Source of the DNA: the human T2T-CHM13v2.0 reference genome, Homo sapiens
Strand: one strand, 5' to 3'
NCBI RefSeq assembly: GCF_009914755.1
Contig: NC_060925.1
Length of the DNA stretch: 64,000 nt
The notes under the pieces were generated by a model. The model was not told the origin of the DNA and searched no databases. It was given only the letters and a program-made list of their open reading frames with translations. Position numbers and translations under genes: made by a program. Each line of letters starts with the position of its first letter. The first letter of the stretch is position 1. Below are positions 31,471 to 50,116 of this stretch, piece by piece.

Positions 31471-34400
31471 AGAGGTGGTCATCTGTCCCCTCCACCCATA
31501 CCTACTCCTCTCCCCGAAGAGCCTTGACTTTGGGACCTGGCCATGGTGGCCCCCATTTTGGCTGCCCCATCACTAGCTTGCGGGCCTGCACAAGTCTGAA
31601 CCTGTGTCTCTTGGGGTTTAAAGCTGGTCATCGTTGGTGCTTTTCTTACCCTCCCTCCCTCTTAACCCCCTCCCGGCAAACTCCATCCATTTATACACAT
31701 CATATTGACCCAAAAGATTTTGACAGGTGTCTCTGAGGCCAATTCTTTCCAGAGCCCTGAGAGAAATACTTGTGGTGTCCCCAAAGCAAAAGAGATTACT
31801 GGGCAGAGATGCCCCAAGGCCGAGTCCAGGCCTTCTTTCTTTCTTTTCTCTGCCATCCACCACCAGGTAAGGAGCCCCAACTTTTTACTGGGAGAAAGGC
31901 CAGCTATGGCAGGATGAAAATAAACTTCTCCAATGACGCAGAGGTGGGGGCTTGTCACACAAAGTCCCTCCCACAAGCAAAAGAAGTGCATCCCTCTACC
32001 CCAGCACAGAAGACTGTACCCATCTAACAGAACGCACCGGTCAAATGCTTGAGAATACCCGGGCAGCGGGCAGGGGAGCTCTTTGCTCAGAGCAAAGCCT
32101 GTTCCGGCTGGGAACTTGGCACTATGGACTTGAGCGCTTCCAGGCTGAGCTCCAGTGAATGGGCTGGAGTCTTTGCAAGGCACAGGACCTGAGTTCACCT
32201 TTTCTAAACCCACGCTGAGACTCAGGAGCAAGGGCTTCTGCCACTCAAGTGAGATGCTGTTTTTGAGATGGTGCTTGGGCCCTTGAAGCAGTGATGCTTC
32301 CAGGACTCATAATGGCTTTAGGGGCAACACCAAAATGAGGACTGTCCCAGGATCTCCAGGTCTTCAGTGGCAGGAAGGCGGGAGAGGCTGAATGAGGGGA
32401 CGAGGGAGGAGGGTAGGAGGGCAGGCAGTCTTCTGGAAGGCAGGGCCCCACCGCTGGGCTCAGAGGCCTGTTCCTTTGTGCTCTGGCCCAGCCTTCCACC
32501 TGAGATGCAGCTCTTCCCCTCTGTCCCCCTGCCCTCTATAAAGATCCAGGTGCAGCATGCATGCCAGCCATTCCGGGGTGAGGCAGTGGGGCCTGGCTTC
32601 TGGAATAGTATTTGGAGGACTATTAGATGAGAGGAAGGTTGGGAGCAGGGACCAGGCCTAGGAGCTGAGGCATTTTGTGGGTGGAGGAGGCAGCCAGAGC
32701 TCTGTTCACCTCTACTTGGGGTAGTGGGCCTTTCTGCAGCTCCTCATCCAGCCACTCTCCTATCCAGGGCACTGCTGGTCCAACCTGGAATCCCTGCACA
32801 GCATTCTGACCTGGGGCTGCACAGCCTCATGGAAACTCCTCCAGAGACCCCAAAAGCCACCTCTGAAAGAAGGTGATCCAGCATCCCCACCCCTCTCCTC
32901 TGCCCACCCGAGCCCCAGAGCACACGCGTCCCTTCCATTGCCCTCCATCTCCAAGGCATTAGCAGATGGTCACCCTTGCTTTAGGCAGGCCCCAGAGCTC
33001 CCTGCCTCAAAGTGTCCCTTTCCCTTTTGCCTGGATTTCCAGGGATCTCTGGGCTGGTCTGTGGGGCCCCAGGCAGGCACCAAGTAGGCCCATCTTGGCT
33101 CTGAGGCTGAGAGAGGAAGTGGGCTTTGTTGTGCCTGGGCATCGTCTGGATTTTCCCACCCTGCTCTTCTTGGCAGGAGAGCCCTCAGCTGGAGAAGCTG
33201 CCTCCGCCCCACACCAGCGTCCCCTCCTTCCCAGCTCAGCACCATCCATCTCCGTCTCCCTAGAGCAAGGAATGTGCTCCAGGACACTGTGGGGCTTGTT
33301 CCCAATCCCCTTCTAGCTCATTTCACTCGGGCTTTTATAGATTTGCCTCCATCCCATGGGCTGCTGTCTGGGTTCTGGCTCTGAAGACACAGACAGAGGT
33401 TTCCCCCTCCTCCCTGCAATTCCTCACACTTCATTTTGTCCCAACAGCATCTGAGGAGGCTGCACTGTGGGGAGTCAAGGCACCCTGGTGTGGGAGGCGA
33501 TGGGGGTTGGGTGGTGGAGGGTGGGTCCCCTTCCCCATCTTTCCAGCCCCTGGCCCTGCTGGCCTCAGCTCTGGCACTGCCCACAGCGGCTGCATTATTC
33601 CCCGTGCTGCAGCCATCCATCCCCTCACCCGCCCTTCCTGTCCACGCCCCACAAGCCTCGATTATTGGTGAAATTAGCACCGGGCTTCTTGTTGGCGGTT
33701 GCTAATTAAGACCATTAATAAACGTGATTATTAATGCTGTAGCAGGCAGCAGCCCAGGCATCTAATCACCACACCGCTGGCAAGCGCTGGGCTGCCGGCT
33801 TCCACCCGGCTCCATCTTGGGAAGGACCTGCTCCCTTTCCCCGGCCAGCTCACCTCAGGCCCTGCCAGGGGAGGGTGGGTGGAGACAAAGGCACCACGGG
33901 GGGTTCACTGAGCCTTGCAGAGAAAAGGAGGGACAACCTGCACTCCAGGGAGCCCCCAAACTGGGCAGGCCGAGGCCAGGATGTGTGCCTGTAAGAGGCC
34001 TATGAACCCACCTGATGCCGGTACGCAGGGTGGACCGGGTGGTGAGTGCGAAGGCTCTGGAGAGAGCGTGGGTGGGCGCCTGCACCAGCAGCCCTGCTCT
34101 CTGGCAGCCCACAGCTCACGTGCCCTCCTGAGTCCCCCTTTGCCCGCCGCCCTGCAAACCAGGCTGTGGAGTGTGGCCCCTCCTGCGGGGGTTTCACAGT
34201 GGTTAGGGGCCATCTCAGCGAGACAGTGAGGTGCTCTCTGTGAGAAAGTAGAAGACACCTCTGACCAGAATGTTTCCCTCAGTTACTGGGTGCCCACCAT
34301 GCGTCAGGCCAGAGGGTACTGTCATAAACAAAAGGCAGTCTCCTCCTGGGAACTGCCCCATCACATTAGACTACATGAGGTCTGTCCCTGAATGTCTCCC

Positions 34401-36414
34401 TCACCCCTTCCCTCACCCCTTTACATGGCGTCCCACCTCACACTGCCTGTAATGAGCTGTCTGTTTATCTGTTCACACCAACGGGGCTGTGCTGTGCGCG
34501 ATGACAGGGGCTGTGTGTCCCTGAGGACAGTGGAAGCCCACTCTGGCTTTGGTGATGAAGCCTTTCCTGCCCCTGTCTCCAGGCCACCCTCCTTCCACGC
34601 CCTTCCCTGCTTCGCTGTCCCCTGCCTGACCTCCAGCCTCGGGCTACCAGAGCAGGAGGGGTTGCAAGGAGCCCTCTGGTCCAGTTTGCCCCACTTGGAC
34701 CCCGTCAGGGCAGGAGAGCCTGCCTGCTCTCAGCTGGGACTCGAGGAGGTAGGATGTGGCCTGCCAGGCAGGGCGGGCCCTGGGGGCCTTTCCAGGAGCT
34801 GTCTGCTGCCCAGGCTTCCCCTCTAGTCCAGCCTGGCCTCTGCACCCCCTTCTGCCATCCACTTACACCCCAAGAAGTGATCCACGGCAGCTGAGGAGAG
34901 CTTGGGAAGGAACCTCCCCCACACACCTGCTTCCCCCCATTTTTCTCCACCCCAACTTCAATGTCTTGACTTTTTCCTACAGCTTTTGAAGGAAGAATCC
35001 ACCAAGACTTTAGTCTCTCCCAACCCAGGGAATAAGAAGAGAAAAAAAGTCCTGAAAACAAAAACCCGACAACAACCTTAAAGTAGGAGAGATTGGTTGG
35101 AAGGCTTTTAATCCCTTAATCCCTCTCAGATGGGCCTTGAGACGCTAATGATTTTCCTAATTATTCCCTCCGATTTTCCCATCGCTCTGTAAGGACCTTC
35201 GAGAAGAGCGAAATTCCGAGTGAGCGGGTGTGGGATGAATGGCAGGCCCACCTCCCCCACATCGGACCCAGAGTCCAGGCGGCTGGAGAGGTGGGGGAAG
35301 GGCCAGGAGTGCCCCAGCTGGGGGCTTGGGCTTCTCCGCCACTGACACCAGTGTGCAGGGCGGGCCTGGGACAATGGGGCGGTTGGGGGCTGCCTGAGAG
35401 GGCCAGGTGTGGGGCTGGGGTCCCCTCAGTGTGAATGGCCCATTATCCTGCCTTGAGGATGGGAGTTGAGGGTCTCTTTGTGTCCCCCAGGAAAGGCCTC
35501 TCTGGCGATAATCACCCTGAGAGGGCGGTGGAGGTGGTGAGGAGGATCTTTAAAGGGGGCCAAACCTCCCCAGAGAACAGTTGGCCATTCAGGCCTCCAG
35601 CCCCTCTCTTGTCTCCAGCAGCCTGGGATTCAGTGGCCCATCTATGGGGGGTGGGGCGAGGGCTAGGCCAACACACATGGCCAAGCTTGGGCTTAGGCCC
35701 CCTCCCCATCAGTGTGGCCTGCCAGACTGAGCCCAGGGGTGGCTTCTCCAGGAAACCACCCCAGCCTCCCTCTCAACCCCCACCTAATGTTGGGTGCCCT
35801 GGGGCTTTGTCTCATTTCCCCTGAGACACTGAGTTTCTCTGGGGGCCAGATCTGCCTGGGAGCAGACATTGACCTTTGACCCTGCCATGTCCTCTTTTAT
35901 GAAACATGGGGATTCTCATTCCACTCCTACAAATTCCCTATGGGATGAGGGCATTAGCCCCATTTCACAGATGACAAACTGAGCACTTAGCAGACTTGTC
36001 TAAGGTTACACATCAAGTTAGGGGCAAATTAGATTAGAGCTGGATCCTTCTTTTTTTGTTTGTTTGTTTGTTTTTTGAAAGCCCTGATACTGTACCAGGT
36101 ACAAGGCTTTTGTACAGGCTGTCCCTCTGACCGAAATGCTCACCTCCCAAACAACCCGAGGGCTGATTCTGCGCCTCCCTTGGTCTTTGCTTGAATCACA
36201 TCCTTCATGGAAGGAGATGTCTGGGATTTGCTTCAAAATAACACGGGAAGTGGGGGAAAAGGAGGTGGGAGTGCAGATGAAACAAGATTGGCAGATGTTG
36301 AAGCTAGACGAGGGATAGGTGGGGTCTCATTATACTATTCTGTTTATTTTATATCTATTTTTAAATTTCCACAAGAAAAAGTGGAACAAAACCTGGTTTT
36401 CCCTAAGCACCTTA

Positions 36415-40246
<3,832 letters not shown>

Positions 40247-40412
40247 TGAGGGTTAAGTCAGTTTGTCAAGTGCTCAGTACAGTGCCTGACACAGACTACA
40301 TTTTCAGTTGTACTCTGTGTGGGATATAATAAATTCCTCTTCAAAGGTTTTAGCTCGTTAACTTCCTTTAAAATTCAAGAGGGAGAAAATTGTTAAGTAC
40401 AATGAGTTCTGA

Positions 40413-41080
<668 letters not shown>

Positions 41081-41308
41081 TTGTTCTCCATTTTAAAGTT
41101 TAACTTCCTCATTCTTTGTCTCCTTGCCCCTAGTCTCAGTAAACAACTCCCTCCTAGCCTCTATCACCTGCTCTGTCCTTAGTAACCTGCTTTGTCCTTA
41201 GTCATCCTTAGTCACCTGCTCTGTCCTTAGTCATCCTTAGTCACCTGCTCTGTAACCGTCCTTCCCGCCAAAACTACTCACCCCACCACTCCGGCTCCTA
41301 CCCTCGCT

Positions 41309-41639
<331 letters not shown>

Positions 41640-44600
41640 ACTCTCGCTCTCTTTAAAATAGCCAATCGGAATTAGCTTAGACTATGCGGTCCAACCTTAG
41701 CCAATAGGGAAAAGACATAGCAGTAGGGACTAGCTGCATTAGGGATAAGACCCCCTTCTCCTCCCTTGTCTGGTGTGCTCTCACCATTGCTCCATCCACT
41801 AGACACACCCTGCTATAGAAGTAAATTGCCTTGTTGAGAAAACTTTTGCCTGAGTGCTATTTTCATTTTGCGGCACCGAGCATTTACTTCCAACATCTGT
41901 TATAATTATTCCAAGGAGAGCCTCTCTTTCCCGTAACCATCCCGTGTCTCAGTGTCCTCTCTCTGTGGGGATCTAAGCACCCTCTTTGTTCACGCCCAGC
42001 TCCCAGAAGTCTTCTCCAGGCCTCCCATGACTCCGTAGGCTGCAGGCTTCATCTTGGTTTTCCAGGGAGGCCATTAAAGGAAGGACTGGCCAGAGCATGT
42101 GAGCATGTGCGCTGAGGGCTCAAAGTGAAGAAAAAGACTTTCCCTCCTGGCCCTTCAGCTCCGCCTCTCCTCTTCCACCTCCCTTAAAAAAACACCCGAC
42201 TCATTACAGAGCCCCAGCAGCCAGGCCCTGGCTGAAGCCCTGGTGAAGCAGCAATTAGATCATTAGCACCCGCCCCAACCCACCTGCTTGGAGCCCCTCA
42301 AACACCTTTTAATTATAATCCCTTAATCTCCCTCAGATGGCGGGGCTGGCTCTAGGGTTTTTGCCCTGCACAGCCCCTTTCCTTCTCTCTCTTTCCCCAA
42401 TTAAGGGGTTCTCTTGGTAGAGAGCCCCTTTCCCAGCTAAAGGCCTCTCAGTCCCGGGAAGAGCAAGATCTGTTGCTCTGTCTCTTTCTCCATGGGCAGT
42501 GGCCTCAGATATCCGTGCTGGTCCACCTGGAGGCTCCCCTGCAAGCAGGGCTGAAATCCCCACAGTGTGCCTCCTGGCCTGGGGACAATTGTTGAGATGC
42601 CTGAAGACCCTTTGTCTTCTCCCTTGGTCTCCTCTTGTCCTGGTTTCTTTGTGTTTTCTGGGAAGCATCTCCCACTGGCCCTTTTACAATGACTTCTATT
42701 TCCCTCTCAGCCCACTCGGGCCACCCTGTCTGGGCCAGTGGCCTCTTTGGCATCTCCTTCCAGGAGCCACCAGGTTCTGTCACAGGTGGAATTGAGGCCA
42801 GAGCCCTGGCAGAATGTCTCCTGGTGACAGCCCTATTTTGACCTCCAGCTGACCTCAGTAGAGCTCAGCCTTTCCCTCCCACCCCCCCAGGCCCACTCAG
42901 GACCCTGGCACCCTCAGCCACATAGGGGCTGGCAGAACATCGGGTCGGTCTGTATCCCTGGAGCTTCGAGCAGGGCAGAGGCAGGAGGAGGGACAAGATG
43001 ACCCAGCGTGTGGCCCTGTCTGAAGCTGAGCCTGGATGAACCTCTTTCCTGGGAAAGTTCTGTCACTAATTGACTTGCAAATGCCTTGTTTGTCCCCAGA
43101 TTCATAATTAGTGCTAAGTATTTCTAGGGCCCCATCCTGGAGGGGCTTTTTTTGGGGGCAGCCTGTTCCTCTCCCCCTCTCTGAGGTTGGCCAGGCTGGG
43201 GGTGGGCAAAGCCGGGCACCGGTGCCCAGCTGCCGTCCAGCGTTCCCACGGCTATGGTGCCAGCGTGTGAAAGGCGAGGTGCGGGGGGCGCGGGGGCTGG
43301 GGCTCCCCGCCATCCTTCAGCCGGGACCACGGCCAAGCCCCGAGGCTCCAGGAAACGACAGAGCTGGGGAGCGGGCTGTGGCAGCGGGTGGGGGCTGGCT
43401 GGCACCCCCAGGAAGGATAGCCCAGCCGGTGCCGGGGGCTGGCATCAGCCGAGCCTCCGGCACTATGAATGGGCCAACAAGGGGCCTCTCTTCCCCACAG
43501 CTTCTCCACAAAGGCTTTGGCTGCACCACTGGATGTGGGGGGCCAGGGGCCACTGGAGGAAGAGGAGAGGCTATTCTCAGAGACCCCTCCACTCCTGGCC
43601 TCTGCACTCCTAGGAAGGGGCTGGGGACCCAGGAGCCAGAGTTTAGGCCCAGCTTCTACTTGGATCTGCTGACTGAGGGGGCAACTGTTTTAACCTCTCT
43701 GGGTCTCAGTTTCCCCCACTGGATCATCCCTGGCATCTTTCCCAGCCATGATGGTACCCTCTTGGTTGCAGCCCACCCAAGTTCCCCCAGTAGCCTCCCC
43801 TGGAACTGCACTGGCAATTCTCAACCCTCTGCAGGCCCTACCTTGGCTGAGACCCAACTGGACCTCCCCTCAGGGTGTATCAGGCCCCTGCTCCAGGCAC
43901 AGCTCTCCAACCCCTAGTGCCCCTCCTCTCCCCTCAGGTAGGAAGAGCTGTTCAGTGTCTGCCAGGAAGCAGTGGGAAGGGTCTAAGCTGTGGCTGCCTG
44001 CCGTAAAGTCGGACAGGCCAGGGCCTTGCCACTTGCAAACCGTGTGATGTGGGTGAGTCTCTCTGCTTCTGTAGGCCTCCTCTGCAAAAGGCCTCACAGG
44101 GTTATCACTGGGATCCAGTGAGACTGAGTGGAAGGCATCCTGTGCGGGGCTCAGCAGAGAGTGGCTGCTCAGTCGCGGCTCCTTTTCTCCTCTTCCCCAG
44201 CCTCCCTCTCAAAGCTTTCTGTGAGTTTGCCTGTGTTTTCCTGTGGCTGAGATGTCCTTTCATTGTGCACCCCTATCTTTTTTACCTGGCCCTCTCAGCA
44301 GCCTCTCTATATTCCCTATTTCATCTCCAGTTCCTTTCCCAGAACTAGCCATTTTTTTTTGGTAAGTCCTTCCTGAAGTCTAACCTTCTATTGCAGGTTG
44401 CCTCTCCCTGGGCCTGGACTCTTCCCAGGCTGCCCTGCAGCTGGAGCCCAGAGGGAAGGGGAGGAGGTGGGCTCTATGGTAACCCTGAGAAGAGAATGCC
44501 CTCTCTCCTCATCTGCATACAGACGGGCTCATTTGCATACAGACAGGCCTCATCTGCATATGCTCAGTGGGACTCTGAGAGCGCACATTCCAAAGTGTCC

Positions 44601-46026
44601 TGCCTGGGTCCTCCCACCCCAGTCCTGACATCTCTGTCCAGGGAGGGGTCCTTCCCCGCCCCTTCTGCCCCTGTCTGGGTCTGGGTCATTCTGTTTCCAA
44701 AAGGCTGTCCACCCTCTGGGGCCCTCTCCTGCTTTTCTTTCCTGTGCTCAGAGGAGTCCTTTCCACCCACCTCCTCCTTCCTGCCCCAGCTCCCCCGCCG
44801 GGAGCCTCCCCTCCAAGCCAGAGGCCAGGAGAGGAGGCAGAGGACTAGCCACAGTGGCCAGCTGCCTCTCCCTGCTCAGGCCCCCCAGCACCATGGTAAG
44901 GTGACCACGAAGACTGATGCTCAGGTTGTGGGGTACAAACAAAAGCAGGGGGAGGAGTGGGCAGACCTGGGAAGCTTCTTCCATACCAATGGACCCCAAG
45001 CCAGATCCTGCCTCCATTCACCCCACCTCCCCAGGGCCACAGTGGGTCCTGGCAAGGCTAGGAGTGGGAGGGCCCCAAAATGAAGGCTGGAACCTCAGAA
45101 GCACTGATGAGCGCCCAGACGTGGTGAGACTGAGCTCAGCCCCTTAGATATGCCAGACTGTGATGCAAAGGAAATTGCCTCCTCCTCCCAGCAGCATCCC
45201 CGGTCTCAGTCAGCCCTCCAAATCCCAGTTTTGGGGCTCCTGGACATATAGGTCAGGGAGAGCCTGGGATTCTTCTCCTGATGGGCCCCCACCACGCTGA
45301 GGACCCTGGACATAGCCCTTCTCCTCTCTGGCCTCAGTTTCCTCTATGAAATGAGGAACTGAGCTAGAGCAGGTGGCTCATTACGTGAGCCCTCCTCCTG
45401 GAAATAGTGCCCAGGCGCCTGGCCAGCATTCTGCATGCAATTTTAGTATTTGCAATCATCCCCTGAGGTCCAGATTGACCTCAGGCTAAGAGTCCTGGTC
45501 TAGAAGGGCTGAAAAGGCTGCAGTCAGTGTTTAAATGGAAAGGAGGAATTTATACACATGTGCTTGGATGTCTACGGAGTAACCCGGGGAGGACACAGGT
45601 ACCAGTTGTTTCCTCTTGGGAGAGGAGGTGGGTGGCTGGGGACAGGGGTAGGAAGGAGATGTAATTTCTCTTTTGTGCTGTTAGAATTGTGTCATGTGTG
45701 TTATCTTAAGTTTTTTCATTTAGAAAATTTCCAGGATTCAAAGTTTAGTTCCATGGAGGGATTATGGAAGGGAGGAAGGACTTTCTGGAAGGTGATGGAG
45801 AGCTTAAATGGTGCTGCTAGTCTGGGCTCTGTTAACATCATCCAGCAAGGCTCTCTAGAGATGAGAAGGGGCCTATCTTTTGGGGGCGCATGTTGGATAC
45901 AGATGTGTTATGAAGAAAATGGGGTCAAGAGCACAGTCTTAGTTTTTTGCTATGGCTTTCCTGCCCCCTCAAGTTCCCCCTCAGGCCTTGTTATTGTTGG
46001 GAAGTCCTACTTGCTGTCTAATCTGA

Positions 46027-46204
<178 letters not shown>

Positions 46205-46881
46205 TAGTTGAGACGGGGTTTCACTGTGTTAGCCAGGATGGTCTCAATCTCTTGACCTTGTGATCCGCCCACCTTGGCCTCCCAAAGTGCTGGGATTATA
46301 GGCGTGAGCCACCGTGCCCGGCCTGAATCCCTTTTAATAATCATATTCTTTCCCTTATGTTTCTACTGAGGGTGGACAGAGAAGAAGCAGGAATGGAAGA
46401 CCCTTTGGGGCAGGAGTGCTCCCTCTATGTGGTCTGTTCAAACCCAGGAGGACATTTATGAGAGTCCTTTTGTGGAGGAGACAGAAGGCCACCCAGTGAC
46501 CTCCTGCACAGGCACTCTAGGGGAGCATCACCACCCTCTCCCATTCTCTTGGTCCCTAGTAGGGCACCTAGGTGCTTCCTTGGATGGAAGCATTAGCCCA
46601 TGACTTGGATTTGGGACTGACCGGATCACGGATGGAGTTCTGGCCTTGGGGTGGCTGAGGGCGGTGGAAGCAGCCAAGATGTTCACTCACCGCCCCACCC
46701 CCTACCAGGTAGGAGTTCTGGTATTAGAGGCTCCCCCGCTTCTGCTGCAAGGTTGGCTTCTGTATCACAGATCTCTGTTGAAAGGAGCCCAGTATTTCCC
46801 CCTCTCTTGCAGCCCCTCCCCTTCCAACCCTGTCCAGGTATATCCACTACCACTATTAATGTGATTCAATATTCAAGAGTC

Positions 46882-46887
46882 TTTATT
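46882..46887 (-). terminator. Canonical polyA signal AATAAA of MIR9-1HG/C1orf61
   Basis: tttatt on the + strand about 270 nt past the CROC4 stop codon. Confidence 0.75.
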
Positions 46888-47157
46888 GAAGACTTGAGAT
46901 GGGACTTCCAACTCAGAGGATGTGGGAATCCCAGCTCAAATGATACAGGATAAACTGGGATGGGCTAGGATGGACAGGCTGTGGATATGGGAGTCATGGG
47001 TCAAAGTCTTATCCCAGATGGCTCCAGGTACAGTGGGCTTCCTGGGCTGGAAGCTGGGTCCTCCCCACTTCATTCTGCTCAAAGCTTCTTGAAGGAGCTG
47101 GTTTGACTTCAACTTGCTAGAGCCTAGCCTCATCTTTCAGTCAACTGGGAAGGCTTA

Positions 47158-47205
47158 TCAGAGGGAATCCAGCCCAACCAGATGAAGTACATTCTTCTTT
47201 TTGGT
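47158..47205 (-). CDS. C1orf61: CROC4 ORF last exon coding part ([15 protein letters not shown])
   Basis: ttttcag|ACC ... TGA 47160-47158; total ORF 156 aa. Confidence 0.8.
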   Translation of the reverse strand, partial: TKKKNVLHLVGLDSL

Positions 47206-47231
47206 CTGAAAAGAAAAATTGTCAAGCGTAA

Positions 47232-47357
<126 letters not shown>

Positions 47358-49683
47358 TGAGTAGCTGGGATTACAGGCGCATGCCATCACACCTGGCTAA
47401 ATTTTGTATTTTTAGAAGACACGGGGTTTCGCCATGTTGGCCAGGCTGGTCTCGAACTCCTGACCTCAAGTGATCCACCTGCCTCGGCCTCCCAGAGTGT
47501 TGGAATTACAGGCGTGAGCCACCACGTCCAGCCAAAAAATACACTTCGGATGGAGACTTTAGGAGGAGGCAGAGGACAAACTTCCAGCCATCTTGGAAGG
47601 AGCTCACTTCCATCAGGCAAGGTGAGGAGCTAGGGAAGGGGTCATCACAAAGGGATCCACCATGACAGTGGCTTGAGTCTAGGCACCTCTTCCACCTCTT
47701 CCAGGTGCTCCATCCAAGGCAATGGGGGGTGAGGGAAATGCCTAAGGCGTAAACTCAGATCCCAAGAACGGGAGAGATTAGGCAGAGAGCCCAGGGGACT
47801 TGCTTCAGGAAGGCAGGGTGCAGGATGCACTTGGGCTAAGGACCAGCCTGGAAGACTTTGGTCGCTTCCACAGCTCCCATGGCCTCTTCCCCAATCCTGT
47901 CTTCAACCTGCAAGATGTTTATCATCCCTCAGACTTTACCCCTACACTGGAGAACATGCCAAGAATTCCACCTGCCTATCTGGTCCTCTCTTCTCTCGGT
48001 CCCTCCATTTGTGTTTCAGAAGTCAGCACAGGGGAGGAAGGGGACATATGCTTTGGGGTCTACGAAGACCCACTTGAAGCCCAGCCCAATTTACCAGTCC
48101 TGTGACTCTGGGAAAGTGTCTTAGCCTTCCTGAGGCTTTGATTCCTCCTTCATAAAGTGGGGACAATATCACCCGGTTTTCAGGGCTGTTGGGAAGATTA
48201 GCTGAGATAATGGCTATGAAAGGGCTTACACAACCAAATGGGCACAAATCAGGGTCAGCTCCTTCCTTCCTGGGCTGGGGAAGCTATGTCCAGGAAAGGC
48301 AAATAAACCCAGTAGGGGCTGCACAGGAATCAGGTGTCAGGCACAGCTGTGGGCACAGCCTTCCTTTCCTGTCCCATCCAGGGTTGGGAGCCAGCCGCTT
48401 TGGAAACCCCCAAAGTTCACCTCCCTTGACTTCTCCAAGAGCCTTAAGATCTGAGAAGAGTTTCAGAAAGAGGAGGGGATCTCGGCCACGGCCCTGCATG
48501 GCCCAGCTCCACTCAGACGAGTGTGGCCTTTCTTCTTCCTAGACTCTTCGCAGCCTCTCCCAGCTCACATCCCTCCTCCCTTCCCCAGCTCCTCCTCCCC
48601 CTACCTTTGCCAGCTCTCCAACCTGGATCTTGACAGTATGGAGGAGTGGGGATGAGAAGTCTGCCTTGCCCATCATATCAGGAGCCCCTCAAATGTAACG
48701 ACCCTGTCTTCTCCAAACCTGATCTCTGCCAGGCCTGTTTCCCTGACCCCCTCTGGCCCTCTTCCTGACCCGGGCTGGCTGCCAGGACTCAAGGTGGGCT
48801 GTCTGTTCCTCAGTGCCCCTCTAAGTCTGCCAGTGTGTCTCCTTCCATGCTCTCTTGCCCATTCCTTGCTCTAGATCCTCAGCCCAACTGGGAGTCCTGC
48901 TATCCCTTGAGTGGCTAGATTTGGGGGAACGACAGAAGAGACTGGTGTCTGTCAGGGCCTGGGAAGGGGTGGTGGATGCAGCTCCATGCGGTGCCCTCCC
49001 CTGGGTGGGGGAGGAGGAGTGCAGATGGAACAGCCTCCCGCTTGTTACACCCTCCCAGCCCCAGACAGAGCCAGGCTCTCCTAGCAACGGTACAGTAGCA
49101 GAGGGCTGGGAAGTAAGTGCGGCGGGGGAGCAATGATATCATAAATTATCCCTGGCCCCTCCCTCCCAGCCCACCCTTCCTCAGTTGAGAATGGCCTCCT
49201 TTTTCTCTCCACCTGCTCCTCATTCAGGATTTCCTCAGCAAATCTGGCCTCTGCTTAGTGCCCCTTATAGATGCCCCTCGAGGTCAAAGTGACCATTCTC
49301 TGCCTTCCAGTTGGGCTCCAGAAGGAGGGGACCCTCATTATCCCAGGATGTCTCTGAGACCCTGTTGGAACGTTCCCCCCAGGGCAGGAGCTGGGAGACT
49401 GGCTTCCAAAGGGGGAGCCCAGAGGGCCTGAGAGACTATTGCTATTCCATGGTCTCCGGCTCCTCTTTCTGGGGTGCTGATGGGGCACAGAGGGGGAATT
49501 TCAAAGCATTCTGTGGCATTTACTCCTCTTCTGTAAACAAAAGGTTTGGGTGGGGGCTCCCAAGTCTTTAAGGGGCACTCAGACCTCTCACCAAGCTAGA
49601 CAAGTCTCAGTTTTCCTATTCTAATAGCTGGAGTCCAGGAACCTTTATGAAGTAACTAAAGCTAGGTGGCATTCCTTCCTTAC

Positions 49684-49801
49684 CTCCCAACTTAGCCATG
49701 CCAAGCCAAGAGCCAAAGAGCTGGTGCTATAGCCATATAGATCTTGGTTAGACATGGAGAAGGACTTCCCAAGACAGGAATAAGCAAGATCATGGAATTT
49801 C
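49684..49801 (-). CDS. C1orf61: CROC4 ORF exon D (KFHDLAYSC...WLSWE)
   Basis: accag|G ... GAG|GTAAGG, 118 nt. Confidence 0.8.
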
Positions 49802-50102
49802 CTGGTTGGAGAGAGGAAAAGTCTGTCGTAGTAGCAGGAAACTGGATGGGAACCTCTTGAATTCTATCTCATTAATTCTTTCTTAGCCACATTAAATAAC
49901 ATGTAGAGAGTGTCTGGCACAGAGCCTGACACATAGTAATCCTCCACTTAGGCTATTAAAAAATCATATGTTATTATGAATTTTTATTGGATAGATATCA
50001 GGGGAAAGGGATAAATCCCTGGAGACCCATCTCCCACCCTCTAGGAACCCCGCGGGAAAATCCAGATAGGAGCTAGTGCTCTGAGGTACAATATGGCAGC
50101 CA

Positions 50103-50116
50103 ATTGCCATGGCAAC
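50103..50116. promoter_or_regulatory. RFX X-box
   Basis: ATTGCCATGGCAAC, one mismatch to GTTGCCATGGCAAC. Confidence 0.65.

Noticed and set aside
30805-31495. Multiple 90-180 aa ORFs in the orphan CpG island
   Set aside because: Several frames are open on both strands because of GC content; no splice structure or homology
41164-41253. Repeat array superficially resembling CRISPR
   Set aside because: No unique spacers, eukaryotic context, and it lies inside an LTR
43111-45083. 268-aa and 230-aa ORFs
   Set aside because: Non-ATG starts, GC-rich low-information translations, and no recognisable family
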